Positions 53,639 through 64,000 of a stretch of DNA of 64,000 bases are shown here, piece after piece. Source of the DNA: Octopus vulgaris (taxonomy: Eukaryota); contig OX597814.1 of the NCBI GenBank assembly GCA_951406725.2, positions 206,646,001-206,710,000 of the forward strand, in the 5' to 3' direction. The stretch's first letter is position 1. The number at the start of each line of letters is the position of its first letter. A model generated the notes under the pieces. That model was given only the letters and a program-made list of their open reading frames with translations. It ran no database searches and was not told the origin of the DNA. Position numbers and translations under genes: made by a program.

Positions 53639-56055
53639 AATAAAGAAGCAGAGAGAGATGTCTTGCTATAGAGGAGAGACATGGTTACCGAGGGACAGAG
53701 AAAGAGGTACGCAAAAGAGGCCATAAATTGGTGTGCTGGTGTGAAGGAGGTATTTGGTTACCTAGGCAGAGGAAAAACAAGAGGAGAGAGAGAGAGAGAA
53801 AATGAGGAAGAATGAGACATGCAAATCTAGTCGTAACAATTTCAACTTTGCAAGAGTAACCACAGAATTAAGTGAAGACATTTTTTATCGATGGAAATTT
53901 ATTCAAGAATGCAAAATGTAGCAGAAAAATGGTATTAAACATTCATAGAACTGGCCCCGCAAAAAATTAATTTGTGGACAGTTCTATATAAAACAACTGA
54001 AGTCAAAAGTAGGGAAGTGGAGCAGGCAACACAGCAGCAAATAGAGAAATACCTAGAAGCAGTTTAGAAAAGCAAAGCCTACGTAGCCAGGTTAAAGAAA
54101 GAAATATGGGACTGTCAAAGTGCGTTCTGTCTCAGAGGAGGAGACCAAAAATAACTGGATGGCCATCCTAGCAAGGGACAAACACATTGTCATCCCCATC
54201 TACTTTGGTCGAAGAATATTCAGAGTTAGAATACTCAACATAATGCCAACCATTTTAGAGTGTGGACTGGAAGCTGCTTTTCTCATGGCACCAGCACTGG
54301 TGAGGTTACCAAGTATCTTGCAAGCCCCCTGATGGAACTGGGGAGTGGGGAGGTGGCTTGAGGCCAGGGCTAGAAAGTCTAAAGTTTGCCAGAGGCTTAA
54401 GCACATAGATCTAGAGGAGACTCGTGGCGTCCTTATATTTATGCAAAGGTGCATGACAGTATCTGGAAGGAAGAAAGATGGTGGTAATAGAGTGCCAGGG
54501 CATAGTCCCAAATTACAAGAAGGGGAGTATAAGGGAGACTGTGGATGAGTAAAGAAGGAATGGGAGGGTAATGGCATCAGAGTGTGAGATGAAAAGTGCA
54601 GAGGTTAGAGATGGGGCTTGAGGTGGTTGTAGAGAGTGAGAAACAATGGTTTGAGGTGGAGTCGCGAGACTGACGGGGCTCGGAAAGGAGGAGGTGACAA
54701 GAAGCCTCAGAGGAAGGGTAGAGAGCAGCAGAATCATCAATCTGTTGATAGATGAGGAGGAAGAGAGATGAAGACCAGGATCTGACAGCAGAGGGAAAGC
54801 AAAGATGATGAAGTGTGAAAGAGATAGGAGTCAGAGATACATGGGGGTGGCTATAGTGAGTGGGGCCAGAAAATTGGAGGGAGTATTAGCAATGACTGTG
54901 AGAGGGTGTTGAGAATGATTGCAGATAGGAGAAGTGTTCAACAGGAAACCTGGCAGAGTAAGGTGTAGCTAAGAGGGGTGGGTGGGAAAGATTTGGGAAG
55001 GGACAGAAAGGGATGATCGATGGAAGGTTGTATGGATGGAGATGATGATGAAAGAGATGCAACTGGTATTAATGAAAGGGTGGGGGTGGTGATGAATGCT
55101 CTCAAATGGTTACAGCAGTAAAGTAGGACCATAGTTAGAAGAGTATAATAGAGGGATGGGTGTTAGGAAGATGAGATGTGGTGAAGGGGATGCTTCACAG
55201 GGGCAAATGTGGGCGTAAGGCCCCGCATGGACAGGAATATATATCACAGTTTTTGGACATGACTTTTGCTGTGACAAATGTGTCTTTATATATCATTTTG
55301 TTCAACTTGTGCCAGCATGGACATGAAATGTAGATGGGGATAATGCTGATGATGGCATGCCTATACGTATGTACATCATGATCATCATCATTTAGCATCC
55401 ATTGTCCATGCTGGCATGGGTTGGACGGTTTGACTGGGGCTGGCAAGGTGAGGGGCTACACCATCTCCAGTCTGACATGGTATGGTTTCTACAGCTGGAT
55501 ACCTTTCCTAACCACCAATGTAATGGCTGCTTTTATTTACCACCAGCATGGATGCTAGATACATGATGCCAGCATCAACCACATGGCCTCTATGAGGCAC
55601 AACCCCCAAATGGTACATTTTACGTGAGACTGGCATGGCTGGCAGGTAGGTGACACCTACAAAGACCACAGCTATGATTTCATTCGGCTTGATATGTCTT
55701 CTCAAGTATGACATATCGCCAAATGTCTCGGTCACTATAGTCATTGCTTCCATGTGGCCCATCATTTGATGATTATGCTTAAGCACCTCATTCCATATCT
55801 TCCTGGGCCTCCCTCTTCTACAGCTTCCTCCCACTGGTAGAGATTGGAACTTCTTCAGATGTCGTGTGCGGTTGTCTCTCTTGTACACCACATCTGATGG
55901 TTCTTATGCCCAGCTAAGATATATATATATAAATTGTCAATATAACATATATCAGAATGAGAAGCACACCCTAAAGAATAGAGCAGACTTTATGATTGAA
56001 AATGTGTATGTTTGTGTGTGTGTATGTATGTATGTTTATATTTGTTTATTTTCAG

Positions 56056-56168
56056 GAACCAAACCATCAGACCTTCTTAGTCCACAACAGGAATCGTCCT
56101 CTATGACACCCGGAACTAAAGTGACATCCAGAAAATATGATGGCATCAAAATAAAACTAATGATTTAG
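56056..56168 (+). pseudogene. Exon A, copy 4
   Basis: Same acceptor, frame and TAG as copy 1. Confidence 0.7.
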
Positions 56169-56246
56169 TCAATTTGGCCTATGTGCACCCCAGACTGGTA
56201 AAGCGTTAAGTGTATGGTTGGCTGGTTTTTGAAGTTACTGTTGCTC

Positions 56247-56311
<65 letters not shown>

Positions 56312-56312
<1 letters not shown>

Positions 56313-57758
56313 TGTTGTGTCTGGGGAGAGTCATTTTCTTTTTGTGCCTTATAATTTTACACACTCACCGGTGAAATATCCGCTTAATGTAGAAACTGAG
56401 AAGAACATAATGGAGAGCCTCCAGCAAATAGCTAACTCCATCCACCAAAGTATCAAGGTAACTATAGATTAACCCCCACTAAGCACCCCAACAATGGACT
56501 CCTTGTACTTGATACTGAACTTGGGTTAGAGACTGTGAACAAAAGAGTGCAGCTCCTCCACTCTTATTACATGGAACCCATAACTTCAAACTATGTCGTT
56601 CACAAGAACTCACCTTTCTCACACAACATGGAAATTAAACCATACTGATAGCAGACTTAATTAGAATAATGAACAATGTGTCCCCACTATGCGAACCCTA
56701 TGAAACGACAAAACATATACAGAACTTCATGCACCGCATGCAGTTCTCTGGATATGATCAAAAAGATAGGGTTCGAGTATACAGGGGTGCTAGAAATAAA
56801 TCTGATAACATTATACGTAATGATACCAGTGGTACCTGCCCTAGATATAGAAACAAAGAATGGAATAGGATACAAAGAACTTGTGACAAAGCAAACAGGG
56901 TGAACACATGGTATAAAAGTGAGAAATATCAAGGAGTGATGTTTGTAGAGGCCAAATCCCATGGAGAACTAGCCTGTAGATTTAGGGAAGCTCTGAAGGA
57001 GACCAAACTTGACATTAAGATTGTTGAAAAGCCAGGGAACTCCGTCAGATCATAACTATGTAGGACGTACCCCTTTAAGAATACCATATGCACCAATGAT
57101 AACTGCTTGATATGTAGGATTAGCCCTGGCATTAACTGTAGAACTCGAAATGTAGTTTACAGCATATGATGCTTAGAAAGTGCTTGTAAAGACATGAACA
57201 TGACGTACGTAGGGGAGACATCTAGGAGCATAGCTGAAAGACTAAATGAACATTTGAGACTATATGACAACAAAAAGCAGTCCTCCATACTCTACCAACA
57301 TCCCAATGACCGCCATAGAGGTAACTTGGGTCAACTTGACATCCGCATCTCATCCAAGATATCAAAAGACCCAACACTCAGACAAATACGGGAGTACGTC
57401 CTTATAAATGAAACTTTCCTAATACTAAATAGGAAATATACATGGTAGATACCATACCCCCATACCCACAGTTTACACAGGTAGAGTAGAATAGTTAGTG
57501 GGCTGTTATGTAGATAGATGTATGTATGTGTGTGTGGGTACACACACACATGCATGCATAGACACACACACACACTGACCCACACACATGCGCACAAACA
57601 AACAAAAAATAATGGACAGAGTCAACACTTTTGAAAATTTTGCAAGATGCAATGAAAATTTGAACAAAATAAAAAGGAGAAATAAGTGGAAATTTTTGGC
57701 AGTGAGTGTGTTAAATTATAAGGCACGAAAAGAAAATGACTCTCCCCAGACACAACAG
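56312..57758 (+). mobile_element. Degenerate Penelope-like element, U4 copy (CA-rich tail shortened)
   Basis: Homologous ORFs 56669-57055 and 57194-57448. Confidence 0.85.
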
Positions 57759-57880
57759 AATATGCTTCAACACACAAACTCACATAAAGAATCTTGCAAA
57801 CCAAATCCAAAAATGAAATACATATACGGACGTTAAATGATGATGATGATGATGATGATATATATCTTTGTGAGTGTGTG

Positions 57881-57920
<40 letters not shown>

Positions 57921-57957
57921 AAGTGTACATATGTTGATATTTGTTTATTTTTTTCAG

Positions 57958-58094
57958 ACACCACATCATCAAACACATCTCTTCCTGGCTCGCAAAAGGA
58001 AACCTCTTCTGTGGCACCCAGACCTAATGAGACACCCAGAGAAAATGATGGCATCAAAATACAACTATTGATTGATTCAATTTCTAATGCATCT
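57958..58094 (+). CDS. Macrodomain module exon B, copy 4
   Basis: AG/GTGAGT intact. Protein identical to copy 1. Confidence 0.85.
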
Positions 58095-58375
58095 GTGAGT
58101 AAATAGATTCACTTAACATATTTACGTTTAATTGTTATTTCATTTCCAAATGAGGAATCATTAAAGTTAATTAAAACATTTTCTCAATCGAACTCAAACA
58201 TTTTATTTCCTTCACATCTGATATCTTGAGTATATCTTTTGCTAACTTTAACAACCTCAAACTTACTACAGCCATTCTGTAGAGCCTTTCTTAACAACAA
58301 TATCAACTTCAACAATGTATCTCTTTTCTCTCCATGGAATGTTCCTTTGCTGTTTACCATTAATTACTTTTGTAG

Positions 58376-58603
58376 GTTGATGTCATCGTTAACAGCACCA
58401 ATAAAAACCTCCAGCTTAACAATGGTTCTATCTCCAAATCTATTCTCAATGCTGCAGGTCCACATATACAAAATGAATGTAACGAGGAATATCCTCGAGG
58501 TATTTCTACATCTACAATAGCCATTACTAAAGGATATAACCTCAAATGTAAGAATGTATTTCATCTGGTATTACCTTCCTGGTATGAATATTCCTCTGAT
58601 TCA
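58376..58603 (+). CDS. Macrodomain module exon C, copy 4
   Basis: AG/GTAAGT intact. Reads VDVIVNSTNKNLQLNNGSISKSILNAAGPHIQNECNEEYPRGISTSTIAITKGYNLKCKNVFHLVLPSWYEYSSDS. Confidence 0.93.
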
Positions 58604-59214
58604 GTAAGTATCAATCATATTATATTGATTTATTGAAACAGTTAATGTTTGAAGAGAACCTTATGCATGTTGTGTGAGAATCATAAAGCAAATGTCAGCA
58701 TCCTGTTTAATATTTGTTCTTCCAAGTTATCATTGGACGGAAGCAGAAGATATCGATGAACAGGACACTTTTATATATAAATAGAAGGAAAAAAGCCTCA
58801 TGGCCTAACAACAGTTATGTGACTGATAAATAAGACTATATTAAAACATATTTCTGTGTTTTACTGTCTGTATTGGTGAGTTTTTCTCTGTCATGGCACG
58901 AGCACTAGAGAGGTTGTCATGTCCTCAACAACACTAAAGACTCCTCTTGGGTCTGCATTGTCTCTCTTCATTCACCAACCACTTTACACGGTGGATGCGG
59001 TCTGTTTTATTGTAGCAGCATCATGAGTGAGGTTGCCTTGTCCCTTGCAGGACTAAAGAGTGATAGGAATGACAGTTGTGTTTAGAAGTGGTAGGAGTGA
59101 GAGGAATTGTGAGAGGAGGATATATTTATGACAACTTAATGGTTTCTTCCTGTAATAAGAAAATAATTTAATAAAATGTTCATTATCAATTACTAAACAA
59201 TTATTTTTTATTAG

Positions 59215-59442
59215 ATTCTGGCAAACTTGACCCGAATAATAACCACTTGTCTGGAAAAAGCTGAGAGAATGGGAGCAAAAAGCCTGGCATTTCCTATATT
59301 AGGGGCTGAAATGAAATACCCCATTGGAAAACTACCCAGAACAATGTATGAAGCAGTGAAAAACTACTCAAATCAAAATTCAAGCCAGCTCAAAGATGTT
59401 TACTTTGTGGTTTTACCTGAAGAAGACAGAGAAATAGCAAAG
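59215..59442 (+). CDS. Macrodomain module exon D, copy 4
   Basis: AG/GTTGGT intact. Reads ILANLTRIITTCLEKAERMGAKSLAFPILGAEMKYPIGKLPRTMYEAVKNYSNQNSSQLKDVYFVVLPEEDREIAK. Confidence 0.93.
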
Positions 59443-60021
59443 GTTGGTTGATGTTTTTGTTGTTTGTTGTTTGATGTTGATATCTTTGGAATTTACCAAA
59501 AGCATATTCTGCAAGAAATGAAGAAAATAGAAACAAGAATCTGGAATCATTTTATAAATTCCCCCACATGACATCCATATGCCTTCTGTCCTGGCAAGCT
59601 TTCTTGGTCTCATCACCACTGTAGCACATTTTGAGAGTCCAAACTCCATCTTGATATCATTCACAAAAATCTGCACAGACTGGATTAAGCTGTCCAGTTC
59701 TGTCTCACTATTTGTTAACAATTTTGAGTCATTCCTGAATGCCTGCTGGTAAAGTTTTCGCTTACCTCTTCCCACATCAAACCCCAACTTTGTCTTCTGC
59801 TGTATTTCACTTAAGGGGTTTTATTCACAGTGAAAAAAAAATCAGTGGAGACACACTGTCCCCCTGGAAGAGTCCTCTGTTGATATCCACCTCTGCCAGT
59901 ACTTTTCATACTGTTCCATATAAAGCTTTTCATGTGTTTTGCTACTCCGTATATTTCTTTAGTTCTTGCTGTCCAAGATTATGTTATCAATCATTATTAT
60001 TATTATTGTTGTAGTAGTTGT

Positions 60022-63000
60022 TGTGGTGTGAGAGTACAGTGCCCCCTCCCCTGGCGAGAATGGACTGGGCCACTATATATAAAAAAGTAGTAGTGGTCTG
60101 AATAAGTGTGGAAGTTCGGGTTCGAGGGCAATTCATGCTAGTTCTACAGTTCATATGTTGATAGTCAAAGCTGGAGCTGAAAGTTTACAGATCGAGTTAG
60201 CATGTTGGTTTGTTGGTTGTTAAAGGATTGTTGTTATGTTCTGCGTGGATACTGCCAGTTTTTCATTACACTGTTGCAGTGTATTTGTTTATCCATGAGG
60301 ATAAACATATCTGGCAACAAGGATTGTTTGAAACTTCACAGGAAATAGCTTCAAGAGAAGCAACAGCAACAACCACAAGAGCTGCAAAAACAAATACTAC
60401 AACATCAACAACAGTAATTGAGTTTTACAGTCAGTGAAGTCCGCAAGTCCAGTAAGATTGTTTATGCCAGATGGCACGGCTAACACAATTTCTAAATTTA
60501 CGTATAATCCAGAGGAGAATATTATGTCTCCCGTGTATTATAGAAGATATGAGGAAATTTTTAACAATGAGTGCAAGTCACGGTCGGAGGAGGAGTAAGG
60601 CTTTCACTACACAAGGTAGCTCCTGCCAAACATGAGCAGTACTGTAACTTTATTCTGCCCAGAAAGTTGAGTGAGATTGATTTCCAAGATGGCGTGGAAT
60701 TGTTTTCAAAATTTTGTTTGTAAAAGTTCATTGTTGAGCGCTTTAATGGAGTAGTCAGCCATACGTGCGAAAATTTCAAACTTCAGCATCTCACTCAGGA
60801 TATGTTCAAATCACTTACCTTCATGTAAGGACTTATAGCACTTGAAGACATTCTGGCAAGGATTCTTTTGAAAATGGAGCAAGCAAACCAGGATTCATCT
60901 CTACAGACCCTCACTGAAGAACGTCAGACTATAGTAAATGATGTGAAAATAATGGCGGATAAAGACTCTGCAAAACTTCAAATGTGTTGCCCTGGAAAGC
61001 AGAATCCAAAAAAGTATCAGGCCCCAATCTGTGTTATGGTTATGGAGGCCTACACTACGAAAAGGTTTGTCCTTTTAAAAACAAAAAGTGTAATAGTTGT
61101 CATAAGCTGGGACACAGGAGTTCTCATTGTAGAACAAGACTGCAAGGATCACATACAAAAAGTTCTAAGGTGTTTTCAGCAGAGATCGATTGTGATGGAG
61201 AAACAAGAAAATTCGTGCATGTAAAGATAAATGATGTGAATACCAAATTACAGTTAGACTCAGGTAGTGACATCTTCATTATAAATGCAGATACTTGGGG
61301 AAAATTGGTAAACCGAGATTGCGCAAAACAGCGAAAATAGCATGTGGTGTAACGGGCGACAAATTACATTTGATGGACAAAACATGTATCGACGTCACAT
61401 TCCGAGCAGAGACACATGAAGCAAAATTATTCATCTGTTTGGTACAGATTGGCTAGAACTGTTCAATTTATGGTACCTCCCTGTAAATCTTTACTGCAAT
61501 AAAATAAATGGTTGTCACGTTAAAAACAAGTCTACAGAAGAAGTGAAGGAAAAATTGAAAAAACAAATGTTCCTGCAAGTGTTATCAGAGGATTTAGGTC
61601 TATATAGAAAGATGGAAGCCTATTTTCAAATAAGTGAAAACATACCTGTATTTAAAGCAAAAGGAAAATTCCATTTGTGGCAATTGAAACTGCAAATGAA
61701 GAGTTGGACAGACTCGAAAAGAGTGGAGTCATCAAAAAGGTGGATTACTCGAAGTGGGCGGCATCCATGGTATGCATTTAAAAAAAAGCAACATAAGATT
61801 AGTTTGTGTGTCGATTTCTCAATGGGATTGAACGATTGCTTAAAAACTTACCAGCATCCATTCCCGACTGCAGAGGACATTTTTTCAAAGTTAAATGGTA
61901 GAAAATTTATTTCCAAATTAGATCTGTCTGAAGCCTATTTACAGAGGAAAGTAATTAAAAATATACTCAAAGTATTTGACACAGAGGATTGTATAGGTAC
62001 ACGCTATTACCTTTTGGATTAAAAGTTGCACCAGCAATATTTCAGCAAATCATGGATGCTATGTTATCTGATTGTGAATTTGCTATCCCGTACTCGGTCA
62101 ACATTTTGATTAAGAGTAATTCTTGTGAACAGCATGTGGAACACATTAAAGCTATGTTTAAGAAAAGTTTTGGGGTTCACTTTGAGTGAAGAAAAATGCG
62201 AATTCTTTCTACCCCACATTAAATACTTTGGGCAAATAGTTGATAAAAGTTGAAGAGATCTTGACCCATCAAGGGCAGACACAATAAGGAATATGCCTTT
62301 GCCAACAAATATTCCATCTTTACAAGCATTTCTCAGGTTGGCAAACAATTATCAAAACTACATTCCTAATATGTACAAGTTAAGAACACCATTGAACGAC
62401 TTACCAAAAAAAGGGAGTAAAGTGGAATTGTCTCCCTGAATGCCAGAACACTTTTGAAGAAATTGTTAAACATTCTAACCTGAGACCTGTCGTTAGCACC
62501 TTACGATCCCAAAATGGACATCATTGCAGTGTTTGATGCTTCCGAGTACTGATGAGATGCAGTTCTACTTCATAAATACGAAGACGGAAGTACAAAACCA
62601 GTGGTTCCTGTTTCGAGCTAATAACAGCAGAGGAGAGATATAGTCCAATTGAAAAGGAGACCCTAGCAATTAATTTTGCAGTTAAAAAGGTCCACATGTT
62701 TCTGCATGGCAGAAGGTTTTTATTGCAATCAGACCATTTGCTGTCAACTTATGGGTCTAAAAGAGGGTTACTGGCTCATACTGTGATCCGCTTGCAATAT
62801 TTGGGTGTAATATTACTAAATTATAATTTCAAAATGAAATCCATTCCAATGAAAAAAATCCTTCCGGAATTAATTAAAAAAATATATAGAACCACTGGAA
62901 GAGACTGTTATAGCCACAGTTCTGGCAGAAAGCGAAAGTAAAAGTGTTACGACAAACGTTATCCAAGAACTACCAATGATAGCACAGGATCCAAGAATGA

Positions 63001-63889
63001 AAGCTGTAAGTGATGAGTATATTACAGAAATGAAAGAAGCTTTAAAAAATGAACGGAACAAAAATTCAGATGTCAGTAGTTTTTCAATCTGCAATGATAT
63101 TCTGATGTATTCCCAAAGACTGGTGGTTCCAACTTCATTACAGAAATAAAAGGTGTGTTGCAACAATTTCATAGCGGACATCCCGGAATGGCAAGGATGA
63201 AGGGTCTGATGTGGAGTTATATCTATTGATCATGTATGGACTGAGATATCGAAATCTTGTTGAAAACATAGGGAGATTGTGCACTCAAAGCCAAAGCCGA
63301 ACTGGTAAAATATCACTTGTGATCAGAAATGGAGGAGCCATGGTGTAGGCTACACATTGACTATGATGGACTGGTAAATGGTGCTTACTACCTCATCATG
63401 GCAGATAGCTGTACTAAGTGGCCAGAGGTTTGCAGGTGCTATAGACAAACCTCTAAGACAATTATAAGGTTTTTATACAAATTGTTTGTATGATATGGTA
63501 ACCATGACATGCTAGTTTCTGATATTGGGATGCAGTTCTCTGGGTACAAATTCAAGAACTTCTGTAAAAGAGATGAGATAAAGCATATTTTCACTCCACC
63601 CAACTACCTGAGGTCAAGCGGGCAGGTAGAACTCTTTGTGGACACCTTTAAAAGAGTGTTAAGAAAAGCAAGGAATGAATCAAAATGTCATTAACTGCGG
63701 TTGACCGGTGTGTTTATTCTTCCTGTTTTGGGATGGGGGAAAGCTCAAATGAATTTATTTTTCTGTCAAAAGTTGTTTGCATTTTCCCCGTCACCATTGG
63801 AGAAAGCCGAACAGAACATGGTGAGGCCTATATGTGAAAGAGGGGGAGAGATCGAGGCTCAAATACAAAATGCTTTAGGTTCTGTCTAA
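60022..63889 (+). mobile_element. Ty3/Gypsy relic (long form), U4
   Basis: Same motifs as the U3 copy. Confidence 0.9.
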
Positions 63890-64000
63890 TGACATACACA
63901 TAAATACATTCTTATATATTTATGATGATGATGATGATTATAAAATTTCAGTAACAGCTTTTGAAAAAATACAATAAAAGTAACGAGAACAGAATGCATC

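Larger units (their letters stand above)
50559..64000 (+). repeat. Tandem segmental duplication unit U4 (runs off the window end before exon E)
   Basis: Collinear copy. The window ends in sequence homologous to ~12060 and ~45590. Confidence 0.92.

Noticed and set aside
91-53726. Over 100 near-identical minus-strand ORFs (MARPLFLSLCHTLTFHH...) as a peptide gene family
   Set aside because: They are frame-rotations of an 88-bp (non-triplet) satellite. There are no splice or start contexts, and 1-bp indels are tolerated freely.
8079-59442. Assigning the symbol PARP14
   Set aside because: Only macrodomain exons are visible. No RRM/KH, WWE or PARP catalytic exons are in the window, so orthology cannot be established.

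Overview
AT-rich, microsatellite-rich animal genomic DNA; the repeat content looks cephalopod/octopus-like (inference). The whole window is a head-to-tail array of four ~14-18 kb segmental duplications (U1 1-15730, U2 15731-33910, U3 33911-50558, U4 50559-end). Each unit carries the same + strand spliced exon module B-C-D-E (137+228+228+82 nt = 225 codons, entering and leaving in phase 1). The module encodes a linker plus one PARP9/14/15 (BAL)-type macrodomain, so the units can splice into one in-frame poly-macrodomain protein that the ORF track mostly misses. All 15 visible module exons are intact. Exon C is several-fold more divergent between copies than the adjacent intron, almost entirely through amino-acid changes, and is a mosaic between copies. 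Each unit also has a stop-containing paralog of exon B (exon A). The introns hold an 88-bp satellite (about 15, 51, 0 and 33 copies), Penelope-like, Gypsy, R4/Dong-like, RTE and SINE relics. U1 alone has a young 532-bp x3 array with an intact minus-strand hammerhead ribozyme in each copy. All counts are by eye and no database searches were run.
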